Of a stretch of DNA of 64,000 nucleotides, positions 1 through 8,601 are shown piece after piece. Origin of the DNA: a virus. Taxonomy: Duplodnaviria; Heunggongvirae; Uroviricota; Caudoviricetes. Made by a program: the position numbers and the translations under genes. Location: the IMG/VR virus record IMGVR_UViG_3300047317_001031, positions 1-64,000 of that record; one strand, written 5' to 3'. Under the pieces are notes generated by a model. That model made no database searches, was not told the origin of the DNA, and saw nothing but the letters and a program-made list of their open reading frames with translations. The stretch's first letter is position 1; every line of letters begins with the position of its first letter.

Positions 1-23
1 CCCACCAACTCACGACTAGATAT

Positions 24-98
24 GCAGACGTAGGCAAGCGGAAAGCCGTCGCATTTTCACTGCGAAGATCGCCGGTTCGAATCCGGTCGTCTGTACCA
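24..98 (+). tRNA. tRNA-Glu (anticodon UUC)
   Basis: 75-nt cloverleaf by eye: acceptor gcagacg/cgtctgt, perfect anticodon stem tcgca/tgcga with loop ttttcac (U33, A37), T-arm gccgg-ttcgaat-ccggt, 3' CCA encoded. Confidence 0.7.
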
Positions 99-177
99 TC
101 ATGCTCCATTCGAATAACGGCAATTCGCGACTCCCTCTAAGTCGAAACGCGAGATCAACACTCGCATGGAGTACCAT

Positions 178-252
178 GTTCCCGTAGCTCAGAGGAAGAG
201 CAATTGGTTGATAACCAATAGGTCGAGTTTTCGAAACACTCCGGGAACACCA
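178..252 (+). tRNA. tRNA-Ile (anticodon GAU)
   Basis: Acceptor gttcccg/cgggaac, D-arm gctc-agaggaa-gagc, anticodon stem attgg/ccaat with loop ttgataa, T-loop ttcgaaa, CCA end. Confidence 0.75.
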
Positions 253-942
253 TCAAATTTCCACGACGATCGGTTCATTCAACGGTTCGTAAGCCTCCGT
301 GCAATGGGATGCATTCACGTACAAAATCCCGTCCCGCATTTCCTGGCCGTAGGAATGATGGATATGTCCCATGATTACTAATTTAGGTTTTACCCGTTTG
401 ATATGAAACAGAAGTTCTTTGCTTCCCGCATGTTTGAAACTATTTTTCTTACTATGATCGGGGCATAGATCCAATATCCCGTACGGCGGACCATGGCATA
501 TGAGGACATCCGTCCCAACCGGGATCTTAGAGAAGTGTTCATGCCCCTCGTTTGGCGTCTTATACATGAAGGCCCAATCGAAAAATTCAGGAGTCCATGG
601 GGTTCCCCAAAAACTTTTTCCCTCAACAGAAACGCTACTATCCCGTAAATATATGGATTCCCCGATATTTTCTTCCATCACGTTTTCAAAATAATACTTA
701 TAGCATGACTCTAAAAAAAGGCAATGGTTGCCGGCTACGAATAATTTCGTGGGATGGGGTTGACGATTCATCCAACGAACAAAATCCCAATGCTCCTTTT
801 CCGTTCCGCGTGCGGTTGCGTCGCCTGCATGTACGAGTACATCGCCGTAAGGAAGGGAATCCGGCAGATATCCGTGCGTATCGCTAATGCAAACTATTTT
901 CACGTTATGGATCTTGAGGAAGAAGAACGAAATCCCTTTCAT
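253..942 (-). CDS. calcineurin-like metallophosphoesterase
   Basis: Motifs ISDTHG, VHAGD, GNHC and GHIHH in order, typical of the MPP superfamily; ORF is wedged between two tRNA genes. Confidence 0.7.
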   Translation of the reverse strand: MKGISFFFLKIHNVKIVCISDTHGYLPDSLPYGDVLVHAGDATARGTEKEHWDFVRWMNRQPHPTKLFVAGNHCLFLESCYKYYFENVMEENIGESIYLRDSSVSVEGKSFWGTPWTPEFFDWAFMYKTPNEGHEHFSKIPVGTDVLICHGPPYGILDLCPDHSKKNSFKHAGSKELLFHIKRVKPKLVIMGHIHHSYGQEMRDGILYVNASHCTEAYEPLNEPIVVEI

Positions 943-943
943 C

Positions 944-1018
944 CGCGATTAGCTCAGTTGGGAGAGCGTCCCGTTTACACCGGGAAGGTCCACCGTTCGA
1001 TCCGGTGATTGCGGACCA
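944..1018 (+). tRNA. tRNA-Val (anticodon UAC)
   Basis: Acceptor ccgcgat/attgcgg (one G-U), D-arm agctcagttgggagagc, anticodon stem tcccg/cggga with loop tttacac, T-arm caccg-ttcgatc-cggtg, CCA. Confidence 0.8.
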
Positions 1019-1382
1019 TTACTTTCGCATGGTACAATCCAATAAATATGCGGCGAGGATCGGTAAGTATCGAGCGGGGTCTCATAAGCCTCGAAAAGCA
1101 CGGGCAGTACGTGCTCCCGCTACCAATTTTTAGGAGACGATCCGTGAGAACGAATCACCAAAGAGGGAGCACGGATCGCCGATCCGATTTTCGAACAAAA
1201 CTCCAATGGAGCATGACGCGCGTTCTTGCAAACGGAACGGCCTTTACGGTCGGAATTCAAGGTAACGATTTCACCGATGGGCAGCACGGATATGCTCGTT
1301 CCCGAAGGGGAGCAAAACATGCGATGCATTGTGCAGAACGTCGTGCGGCGAAAGAGTTTATCTCACGCGAGGAATCAATTAT

Positions 1383-1457
1383 CCGCGGCTAGCTCAGTGG
1401 GAGAGCGCTTCCTTGACACGGAAGAGGTCGAAGGTTCAATCCCTTCGCGGCGGACCA
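1383..1457 (+). tRNA. tRNA-Val (anticodon GAC)
   Basis: D-arm gctcagtgggagagc, anticodon stem cttcc/ggaag with loop ttgacac, T-arm gaagg-ttcaatc-ccttc, acceptor 3' gcggcgg-a-CCA (one mismatch in acceptor stem). Confidence 0.8.
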
Positions 1458-1462
1458 TCATG

Positions 1463-1555
1463 GGCGAGTAGCTCAGAGAAAGAGCGGCGTTGAAAAACGC
1501 GTTAGAGTTTTCCCTGAAATTCTAGATGGAGTAGGGGGAAATGGCGGGGGTTTAA
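1463..1555 (+). ncRNA. tRNA-like RNA lacking a canonical anticodon arm
   Basis: 5' gggcgag plus D-arm gctc-agagaaa-gagc and 3' T-arm ggggg-tttaatt-ccccc plus tttgccc-t-CCA pair as a tRNA frame. The anticodon position holds a GNRA-tetraloop hairpin gcgtt-GAAA-aacgc followed by a ~35-nt insertion. Confidence 0.4.
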
Positions 1556-1583
1556 TTCCCCCTTTGCCCTCCAAAATCATTAT

Positions 1584-1660
1584 GCGGAAGTAGCTCAGTT
1601 GGCTAGAGCGTCTCCTTGCCAAGGAGAAGGTCGCGTGTTCGAGTCGCGTCTTCCGCACCA
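1584..1660 (+). tRNA. tRNA-Gly (anticodon GCC)
   Basis: Acceptor gcggaag/cttccgc, D-arm gctcagttggctagagc, anticodon stem tctcc/ggaga with loop ttgccaa, T-loop ttcgagt, CCA. Confidence 0.85.
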
Positions 1661-1671
1661 AGAAACCATAC

Positions 1672-1746
1672 GCGGGTGAATTGTTGATGGTTGCAAACGG
1701 GTCTTCCAAGCCTGGAGACCGGATTCGAATTCCGGCACCCGCACCA
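1672..1746 (+). tRNA. tRNA, anticodon unresolved (atypical anticodon arm)
   Basis: Perfect acceptor gcgggtg/cacccgc-a-CCA and T-arm ccgga-ttcgaat-tccgg. The anticodon region gggtcttccaagcctggagacc only folds as a bulged stem with a 6-nt loop by eye, possibly containing CCA (Trp-like). Confidence 0.5.
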
Positions 1747-1754
1747 TTTTTATT

Positions 1755-2306
1755 TTGATTGAGAGGAGCCGTATGAGCGCAAGTTGCTTAGTCCTTAATA
1801 GTACGTACGAACCACTCAACATAGCGACGATTGCCCGTGCCGTGCGGCTCGTTCTCGCGGGGAAGGCGGAGGTCGTACAAGATCGCGGTCGTGTATCTTC
1901 GCCGACCGTTTCCTTTCCGCTCCCTTCGATCATCCGCATGTTGTACTACATCAAGCACCGTCGTAAGCGTGTTCCTTTAACGAAGAAGAACGTTCTCTTG
2001 AGGGATAATTACAAGTGCGGATATTGCGACGATGCTATTGAACCGCGAGAGGCGACGGTTGATCATATCGTTCCTCGTAGTGCGGGCGGTACGTCTAGCT
2101 GGGAAAACCTTATCGCATCTTGCTCACCCTGCAACGGACGTAAGCGCGATAGGACCCCGGCACAAGCGAAGATGCCGTTGCTCAGAAAGCCGCCTAGGGA
2201 ACCGAAATTTATCCCGTTCGTATTGGTTCGCAGACATACCGAAGATCACGAATGGGCGAAGTATCTGAACCTATGGAATATCTCGATAGAAGAACGCGTC
2301 GTCTAA
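1755..2306 (+). CDS. HNH endonuclease
   Basis: YKCGYCDD...VDHIVPRSAGGTSSWENL...CSPCNGRK: a CxxC-H-N-H-CxxC HNH nuclease core. Confidence 0.85.
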   Translation: MIERSRMSASCLVLNSTYEPLNIATIARAVRLVLAGKAEVVQDRGRVSSPTVSFPLPSIIRMLYYIKHRRKRVPLTKKNVLLRDNYKCGYCDDAIEPREATVDHIVPRSAGGTSSWENLIASCSPCNGRKRDRTPAQAKMPLLRKPPREPKFIPFVLVRRHTEDHEWAKYLNLWNISIEERVV

Positions 2307-2322
2307 GGCGCGTTTTTTCTCT
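2288..2322 (+). terminator. rho-independent terminator after HNH gene
   Basis: GC hairpin aacgcgtc-gtctaag-gcgcgtt followed by a tttttt run. Confidence 0.5.
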
Positions 2323-2339
2323 CGCATGGCCTTGACGCA

Positions 2340-3062
2340 ATCGTATATTGCATGTTTACATAATCGTGCCGGCGAGCCGGATGAGAACGGTTATCTTTAG
2401 GGAAGATAAGGGTCGGGTTCAAATCCCGATGCGCTTCGTAAGAGGCGTATAGTGTAGTGGTAGCACGTAACCCCGTTTTCGACTTTTCGCCCGTTGGTGC
2501 CAAAGTTTTAGGAGTGCGCCGGATGAAGATGGTTAACTAGCAAGCAACGGGTCGCGGGTTCGATCCCCGCCATCGCCCTCACGGGAGGTGTAGCTCAGTG
2601 GTAGAGCAGTCGCATAAATCGCCATCCTCAAACTTTTCGCCCACTCCTCCGATTTCGGGAGCGAGCCGGATGACGAAGGTTCTCTTCGAACGATCTCCTT
2701 CATCAAACTTTTCGCCCGCTCCACCAACCTTTTGAGAACGAGCCGGATGGGTCAACGGTTATCGGATAAAAAGCCGGTCCTTGTGATTGGTTTGAAAGAC
2801 GGTTCAATCCCGTCGCCCGTTCCCGAAACTTCGCCCGTTCTATCATACCCCCAGAGTGAGCCGACTTGGAACGGTTATCTTGGTTCGATTCCGAGGGCAC
2901 CAACCGGGGGAAACCTCGTAAGAGCCCTGCTCAAATTGGCGAGCGCTCCGTTCTGAACCATTCGCCCACTCTGCATCATTTTACGTCCCGCCGAGCCGGA
3001 GACGATGGGTTATCTGCCAAATACGACCCCATCGTTATCATTTCGCCCGGCGGGCTCTGGAG
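2340..3062 (+). ncRNA. array of about 6 degenerate tRNA-like repeat units (candidate Y-RNA/YrlA-like RNAs)
   Basis: Recurring modules: tagtgtagtggtagcac and tagctcagtggtagagca D-arm-like segments, T-arm-like ggttcaaatcc, ggttcgatcc and ggttcaatcc, a conserved gagccggatg box (6 copies) and an AACTTTTCGCCC box (6 copies). No unit folds into a complete canonical cloverleaf by eye. The region lies directly upstream of the Ro60/Rsr gene. Confidence 0.35.
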
Positions 3063-3069
3063 ATTCCCC

Positions 3070-4773
3070 ATGCATTTAGCCGAACTTGGTCATCGCTTTG
3101 ACGCAACGCCGCAAACGGAGCAAGCAGATCCGCGCGAGGTCCAAAATAACGCCGGAGGGTTCGTCTTCGCGGTAGATGAATGGACGCGCCTGGATAGATT
3201 CTGCATTCTCGGAACTGCGGAACCGACGTATTACACGGATGCGCGCAAGCTTACGAAAGATAACTTTGCACACGTCAGCGTAATGATTAAAGCGCATGGC
3301 GTCGACGTCGTGAAGCGTGTCGTTGATATTTCCGTTTCCGGGCGTGCGGCGAAACAAGAATACGCGATCTTCGTTCTCGCCATGTGTGCGGGAGCCGAGG
3401 ATGTTGATGTCCGTCGTGCCGCACTTGACGCGCTGCCGAAGGTGTGTCGTACGGGTTCGACGTTGCTTTTGTTTGCGTCGTACGTTGAGCAGTTCCGCGG
3501 ATGGGGTCCGACTCTTTGTGACGGCATCCGAAATTGGTATAACGGAAAGGACGTGTCGGATCGTCTTGCTTACCAGGTTTTGAAATATCAGAACCGTTAT
3601 GGCTGGACGCATCGGGATCTGCTTCGTTTGGCGCATGTGAATCCGATCGTGACGGGAGAACCAAGCACGTTCAACTCAACGGAAGTTAAGCCTTATTCCC
3701 TTACATCCGAGCGTGATCGTCTTTATGCTTGGATTACGGGAAAGAAGGACGCGCCCACGACGTACGACCTTCCGATCATCGTAAAGGTATACGAACGCGC
3801 ACATGCGGCCAAGGAAATTGATTTCGAGTCGCTTGATGATCTCACGCATGAGATGATTCCGACCGATTGGAAAAAGAGCGGCGACGTTTGGACGAAGTTG
3901 TTGGGGAGAATGCCTCTCACGGCGATGATCCGCAACTTGGCGACCATGACCGTTTCGGGTGCGCTTGCTCCTGGCTCTCCAGGGGCGCATCGTGTGGTTT
4001 CTGCCTTGGGCGATGCGGAACACCTTCGCAAGTCTCGTGTCCATCCTGCGGCGATTCTCACGGCTTTGGCGGTGTATCGTTCGGGCAAGGGCATCAAGGG
4101 ATCGCAGACATGGATTCCGACTCCTGAAGTCGTGCAGGCGCTTGATGCGGCATTCTACCTCGCATTCCCGAATGTCGTACCTGCCGGCAAGCGTACGTTA
4201 ATCGGTTTGGACGTATCGGGATCAATGGAATTTCCGCTTAGTGCGCTTCCTGCATTGTCGTCTCGTGAGGCGACTGCGGCGCTCGCAATGCTTATGGTCG
4301 CGACGGAGCCGGAAGTCCAGGTTTACGGATTCACGGCGAACGAACGTGGATACGGCGGTCATTGGAGCAAGGGCGAGCCGAATATGACGCAGATCCCGAT
4401 GCATCGCGGACAGCATATCCCTGACGTATGTTCGTACGTAGCGCGCCTACCCATGGGCGGAACGGATTGTGCCACGCCGATGAACTACGCCCTCGCGAAT
4501 CGTATTCCCGTGGATACGTTCGTCATCATGACTGATAATGAAACGTGGGCTGGGAATATCCATCCGATGGAGGCGCTCCGCAAGTATCGCCGGGAAATGG
4601 GAATTCCGGCACGGCTTGCGGTGATTGGAACGACTGCGACGGAATTCTCAATCGCAGATCCAGACGATGCGGGAACTATGGATTTCGTCGGCTTTGATGC
4701 GGCGCTACCGATCATGCTCAACGACTTCTCGCGCGGTGGTCCGCATCCTCACGAAGTTGAAAACGAAGGCTAA
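3070..4773 (+). CDS. rsr: Ro60/Rsr ortholog (TROVE domain plus C-terminal vWA)
   Basis: N-terminus MHLAELGHRFDATPQTEQ...NNAGGFVFAVDEWTRLDRFCILGTAEPTYY matches the conserved Ro60/Rsr TROVE N-terminus. C-terminal vWA MIDAS motif LIGLDVSGSM. GGAGA RBS 7 nt upstream of the ATG at 3070. The ORF-track start at 2866 lies inside the tRNA-like repeats and is rejected. Confidence 0.8.
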   Translation: MHLAELGHRFDATPQTEQADPREVQNNAGGFVFAVDEWTRLDRFCILGTAEPTYYTDARKLTKDNFAHVSVMIKAHGVDVVKRVVDISVSGRAAKQEYAIFVLAMCAGAEDVDVRRAALDALPKVCRTGSTLLLFASYVEQFRGWGPTLCDGIRNWYNGKDVSDRLAYQVLKYQNRYGWTHRDLLRLAHVNPIVTGEPSTFNSTEVKPYSLTSERDRLYAWITGKKDAPTTYDLPIIVKVYERAHAAKEIDFESLDDLTHEMIPTDWKKSGDVWTKLLGRMPLTAMIRNLATMTVSGALAPGSPGAHRVVSALGDAEHLRKSRVHPAAILTALAVYRSGKGIKGSQTWIPTPEVVQALDAAFYLAFPNVVPAGKRTLIGLDVSGSMEFPLSALPALSSREATAALAMLMVATEPEVQVYGFTANERGYGGHWSKGEPNMTQIPMHRGQHIPDVCSYVARLPMGGTDCATPMNYALANRIPVDTFVIMTDNETWAGNIHPMEALRKYRREMGIPARLAVIGTTATEFSIADPDDAGTMDFVGFDAALPIMLNDFSRGGPHPHEVENEG

Positions 4774-4775
4774 AC

Positions 4776-4808
4776 AAAGCGCGTCTCAAACGAGGCGCGC
4801 TTCTTTAC
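4776..4808 (+). terminator. rho-independent terminator after rsr
   Basis: Hairpin agcgcgtctc-aaac-gaggcgcgct followed by ttcttt. Confidence 0.5.
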
Positions 4809-4814
4809 TATGGA

Positions 4815-5618
4815 GTGAAAATGCTTCCTCTCTGTGATCCGAAGCGATATCCGTTACTCGAAGAATACAAATATCCGCTCCTCTTCGTTACGATAAGCGG
4901 TTCGCATCTCTACGGGTTTTCCTCACCGGATTCCGATATCGACCTTCGCGGGGCTCATGCCGCATGGACGGAAGAGCTCGTCGGACTTTGTACGCCGAAA
5001 CAAACCCTTGAGCGCATGGAGGGCGATAACGATATTGTTACGCATGAGATCGGGAAGTTTTGTTTACTTGCGTTGAAAAATAGCGGATATTGCCTTGAGC
5101 AAGCGATGTCCCCGCTCGTCGTTATCACGTCCGGATGGTTTGCGGATCTCCGAGAAATACTTCCTCGTTGCGTTACGAAGAAGCATACGAAGCATTACCT
5201 CGGCTTCACGAATTCGCAGCTTTCGATTTTGCGACGGAAACCTGATAAGCAGATCAAGGTTATCTTGTATATGTTTCGTGCGCTCATGACGGGCATTCAC
5301 TTTGCTCGTACGAGACAGGTCGAAGCAAATATCCTCACCCTCAACGAGACGTTCAAGTTCACGTTCATTGACGAATTGGTGCGTGAGAAAATCGAGGGGA
5401 AGGAGAAGGCGGAATTAGCGGCGGGACATTCGCTTGAATTTTACATGCGAGAACAAGAGCGCCTTCTTGCTCAACTTGAATGTGAGATTTCCGCCTCTAG
5501 TTTGCCGGAAGAACTCCCCGATACCGTCATGGCGGAATTGAATAGACTTCTCATCCGTTTACGCCGGTTTCATTGGAAGAACCCGCTTCCCGGCGGAGGG
5601 ATCATCCTCGCTCGGTAA
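4815..5618 (+). CDS. Pol-beta superfamily nucleotidyltransferase (RlaP/YcgL-like, RNA-repair-associated type)
   Basis: N-terminal minimal nucleotidyltransferase signature VTISGSHLYGFSSPDSDIDLRG (GS...SDxD). Sits next to rsr. Confidence 0.5.
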   Translation: MKMLPLCDPKRYPLLEEYKYPLLFVTISGSHLYGFSSPDSDIDLRGAHAAWTEELVGLCTPKQTLERMEGDNDIVTHEIGKFCLLALKNSGYCLEQAMSPLVVITSGWFADLREILPRCVTKKHTKHYLGFTNSQLSILRRKPDKQIKVILYMFRALMTGIHFARTRQVEANILTLNETFKFTFIDELVREKIEGKEKAELAAGHSLEFYMREQERLLAQLECEISASSLPEELPDTVMAELNRLLIRLRRFHWKNPLPGGGIILAR

Positions 5619-5707
5619 AGCGCTTGACAACTTTGGGAATTTCATGGTTGGGTATGGATAGGCGACCCGCAAAGAGCGAACATCGCCGATCCGCATGGGA
5701 GTCATGC

Positions 5708-6793
5708 ATGAGCACGAAAGAATTCGACCTTCTCGTTTTCGTTGGCCGCTTTCAGCCGCCGCATCTCGGGCATCTTGCCGTTATTGAAGAGGCGCTCCGG
5801 CACTCTCAGAAATTACTCATTCTCGTAGGTTCTGCTAATCGTAGCCGGAGTTTACGTGATCCATTCTCGTTTGAGGAGCGGGCCGAAATGCTTCGTGCGA
5901 TGACGGGAGAAATACGAAAGAACGAATGCGGGATACTTGACATACGCCCCCTCAATGATCATCTCTATAATGATCCCGCATGGATCGAAGAAGTCCAGTC
6001 CAAGGTAACGGAAAGTCTTTCGTATATTCCTGGAGAGAAGAAGCGCGTCGGGATCATCGGCCATGCGAAAGATCATACCTCGTACTACCTTCGCGTTTTC
6101 CCTGGCTATGAGTGCGTTGATGTTGAGGGATATCATTCTCCGAATGTGGGGCTCCTGAATTCCACGATGATCCGTGAACTCGCATATGATTTTCTGACGA
6201 ATCAGGGAAATCGCGGTTGGGATTTATTCCATTTTCAGGACTATCTTCCCGAGCAAATGATCCGGCATTTCCAATATGCTTTAAAGTCGCCCGATATGCG
6301 CGGCGTAATCGCGGAGGCGGAATTCGTGAAGCGTTATAAGGACCAATGGAAATTTGCTCCGTATAAGCCGACCTTCAATACCGTAGATGCGGTCGTGCAG
6401 TGCTGTGGGCACGTTTTGATGGTCATGCGCGGCGAACAGCCTGGGGCTGGGAATTTCGCGCTTCCAGGCGGGTTTATAGGGCAAAATGAGCCGCTTCTCG
6501 ACGCCTGCATACGTGAACTTTTCGAAGAGACGCAGATTTCGGTTCCCCGCCCGGTTGTTCTGGGTTCATTGCATCGTCGTGAGGCGCGCGTGTTTGATGA
6601 TCCGCATCGTTCATCCCGCGGGCGCACGATCACGCATGCCTATCGTTTTGACCTTGCCGACAAGGAACTGCCAAGGGTCCGAGGCGGAGACGATGCGGCG
6701 GCGGCAATGTGGATTCCGATTAACGCCGTCAAACCGGAGAAGACCTTTGAGGACCACGCCTTCATCATCCGCGCCATGTTAGGGGTTTCGTAG
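5708..6793 (+). CDS. bifunctional NMN adenylyltransferase / Nudix ADP-ribose pyrophosphatase (NadM-Nudix, NatV-like)
   Basis: Start is the ATG at 5708, in frame within ORF 5573..6793. N-terminal rossmann HxGH motif FVGRFQPPHLGHLAVI. C-terminal Nudix box GNFALPGGFIGQNEPLLDACIRELFEETQI. Confidence 0.85.
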   Translation: MSTKEFDLLVFVGRFQPPHLGHLAVIEEALRHSQKLLILVGSANRSRSLRDPFSFEERAEMLRAMTGEIRKNECGILDIRPLNDHLYNDPAWIEEVQSKVTESLSYIPGEKKRVGIIGHAKDHTSYYLRVFPGYECVDVEGYHSPNVGLLNSTMIRELAYDFLTNQGNRGWDLFHFQDYLPEQMIRHFQYALKSPDMRGVIAEAEFVKRYKDQWKFAPYKPTFNTVDAVVQCCGHVLMVMRGEQPGAGNFALPGGFIGQNEPLLDACIRELFEETQISVPRPVVLGSLHRREARVFDDPHRSSRGRTITHAYRFDLADKELPRVRGGDDAAAAMWIPINAVKPEKTFEDHAFIIRAMLGVS

Positions 6794-8205
6794 TGTTGAA
6801 TCCGTTGCTTGCCGTTGACTCCTACAAGTCAAGCCATTTTCTCCAGTACCCGCCTGGGACAACGCGCGTCTCTTCATATATCGAATCGCGCGGAGGACCG
6901 TTCAAGGCTTCACGGTTTTTCGGCTTACAGGGGATTATCAAGAAATACCTCATTGATTCTTTTGATGAGGAAGGCGTTAATCGCGCTAATCTCCTGTTTA
7001 ATAACCATGGATTGCCTTTCAATGACAAATGGTATGAATTGTCACGCAGGCGTAAACATGACGGGAAGTTTGCTTTCCCTATAGAAATCCAAGCGGTTCC
7101 CGAGGGCATGGATATTCCCACCGGAAACGTTCTCATGCAGGTCGTCAATACCGATCCAGAGTTCGCATGGCTCACGTCGTACGTCGAAACGCTCTTGATG
7201 CAGGTGTGGTATCCGACGACGGTTTGTACGTTGAGTGCAGAGATTCGTGCAATTCTCATGGAGCGACTTGAAGAAACGTGCGATGATCCGAAGTCGGTTA
7301 TCCCGTTCCTCTTGCATGACTTCGGCTGCCGCGGAGTATCCTCAATGGAGTCAGCAGGGATCGGGGGATTAGGGCATCTCGTGAATTTCCGTGGTACGGA
7401 TACGATTCCGGCACTTGTTGAAGGTCAGGAGTATTATCACGAACCTATGGCTGGATTCTCAATTCCGGCGATGGAGCATTCAACCGTAACGGCATGGGGT
7501 CGCGATGGCGAAGCGAGAGCGTTTCGTAATATGCTCCAACGTTTCGGCGGACCAGGCAAGACACTGGCTATGGTTGTGGATTCGTATGACCTTTTTCATG
7601 CGGTTCGCTGCATAGTCGGCGATGAACTAAAGGATGAAATTATCAATAGCGGTTCGCGCGTCGTCGTACGCCCCGATAGCGGTGATCCACGCGTGATCGT
7701 TCCTAAAATTCTGCGTATCCTCAACGATTGTTTTGGAGGCGAAAATAACCATAAGGGCTATCGTGTACTTCATCCTGCCGTGCGTGTGATCCAAGGAGAC
7801 GGTATGGATATTGAATCCATTCGTGAAACAGGCGATGCAGTATGCGCTGCCGGTTTCTCGACGGAGAATGTTACATACGGCCTCGGCGGCGGATTGCTTC
7901 AGAAAGTCCATCGCGATACGGGGAAGTTTGCGATGAAGGCTTCGGCGATCGAGATTGACAGCATATGGTACGACGTTTACAAAGATCCTTTGACAGATCC
8001 CGAAAAACGTTCAAAGCGCGGAAGATTAGCGCTCATATGCTATGGACAAGAATGGAACGACTATAAGGTGAAGACCGGCATCGAAACAGTCCGTATTGAG
8101 CAAATGCACGATCGCGAAAACCTCTTGCGCCCGGTATATCGTGACGGAGAACTTCTCATTGATGATCCGCTTGAAACGATTCGGCGGCGCGCAGGGACCC
8201 TCTAA
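6793..8205 (+). CDS. nadV: nicotinamide phosphoribosyltransferase (Nampt/NadV)
   Basis: N-terminus NPLLAVDSYKSSHF is the conserved NadV start. Length 470 aa. GTG start overlaps the upstream stop codon by 1 nt. Confidence 0.85.
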   Translation: MLNPLLAVDSYKSSHFLQYPPGTTRVSSYIESRGGPFKASRFFGLQGIIKKYLIDSFDEEGVNRANLLFNNHGLPFNDKWYELSRRRKHDGKFAFPIEIQAVPEGMDIPTGNVLMQVVNTDPEFAWLTSYVETLLMQVWYPTTVCTLSAEIRAILMERLEETCDDPKSVIPFLLHDFGCRGVSSMESAGIGGLGHLVNFRGTDTIPALVEGQEYYHEPMAGFSIPAMEHSTVTAWGRDGEARAFRNMLQRFGGPGKTLAMVVDSYDLFHAVRCIVGDELKDEIINSGSRVVVRPDSGDPRVIVPKILRILNDCFGGENNHKGYRVLHPAVRVIQGDGMDIESIRETGDAVCAAGFSTENVTYGLGGGLLQKVHRDTGKFAMKASAIEIDSIWYDVYKDPLTDPEKRSKRGRLALICYGQEWNDYKVKTGIETVRIEQMHDRENLLRPVYRDGELLIDDPLETIRRRAGTL

Positions 8206-8225
8206 ACGAGAAGGAGTGCCCCTCT

Positions 8226-8254
8226 TGTCTTCGGCATCGCGCCTGCTATACTGT
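8226..8254 (+). promoter_or_regulatory. candidate sigma70 promoter (TTGTCT-N16-TATACT)
   Basis: Hexamers read directly from sequence upstream of the Pth2-like gene. Confidence 0.3.
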
Positions 8255-8300
8255 GGTCATGTTGTAGATTGATCATAAGCCGTCGCCCGAGCAGCAGTAT

Positions 8301-8594
8301 GTGTACGTCCTGGTTCGCACGGATATCCCTCTCCGGCAACAACTCGTTCAAAGCGTACATGCGGGAATCCAGGCAACGGCGCTCTTCCCGTCCCGCGAAC
8401 CTTGGCTCGTGGTCTGCGCTGTTCCCGATGCGGCAACGCTTAGACGCGCAAAAGAAGATCTTGCCGAATCCGATATTGATTCCGCGCTTTTTTATGAGCC
8501 TGATAACGAACTCGGATATACGGCCCTGGCGACGGCGCCGATTACCCGTGAGAAACGAAAAGTTCTTAGCAGGTATCCGCTATGGTCCGAATAA
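8301..8594 (+). CDS. peptidyl-tRNA hydrolase PTH2-like protein
   Basis: MYVLVRTDIPL...VQSVHAGIQAT resembles the PTH2 core VxVRxDL...AQxxHA. About 97 aa. Confidence 0.5.
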   Translation: MYVLVRTDIPLRQQLVQSVHAGIQATALFPSREPWLVVCAVPDAATLRRAKEDLAESDIDSALFYEPDNELGYTALATAPITREKRKVLSRYPLWSE

Positions 8595-8601
8595 GAAGTA
8601 T

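Noticed and set aside
1009-1392. 127-aa ORF between two tRNA-Val genes
   Set aside because: Arg-rich, no start context, overlaps tRNA genes. Treated as noncoding spacer (possible structured RNA, see findings).
2866-3069. ORF-track start of the 635-aa ORF at 2866
   Set aside because: The 5' 200 nt run through the tRNA-like repeats. A GGAGA RBS and the conserved Ro60 N-terminus begin at the ATG at 3070.
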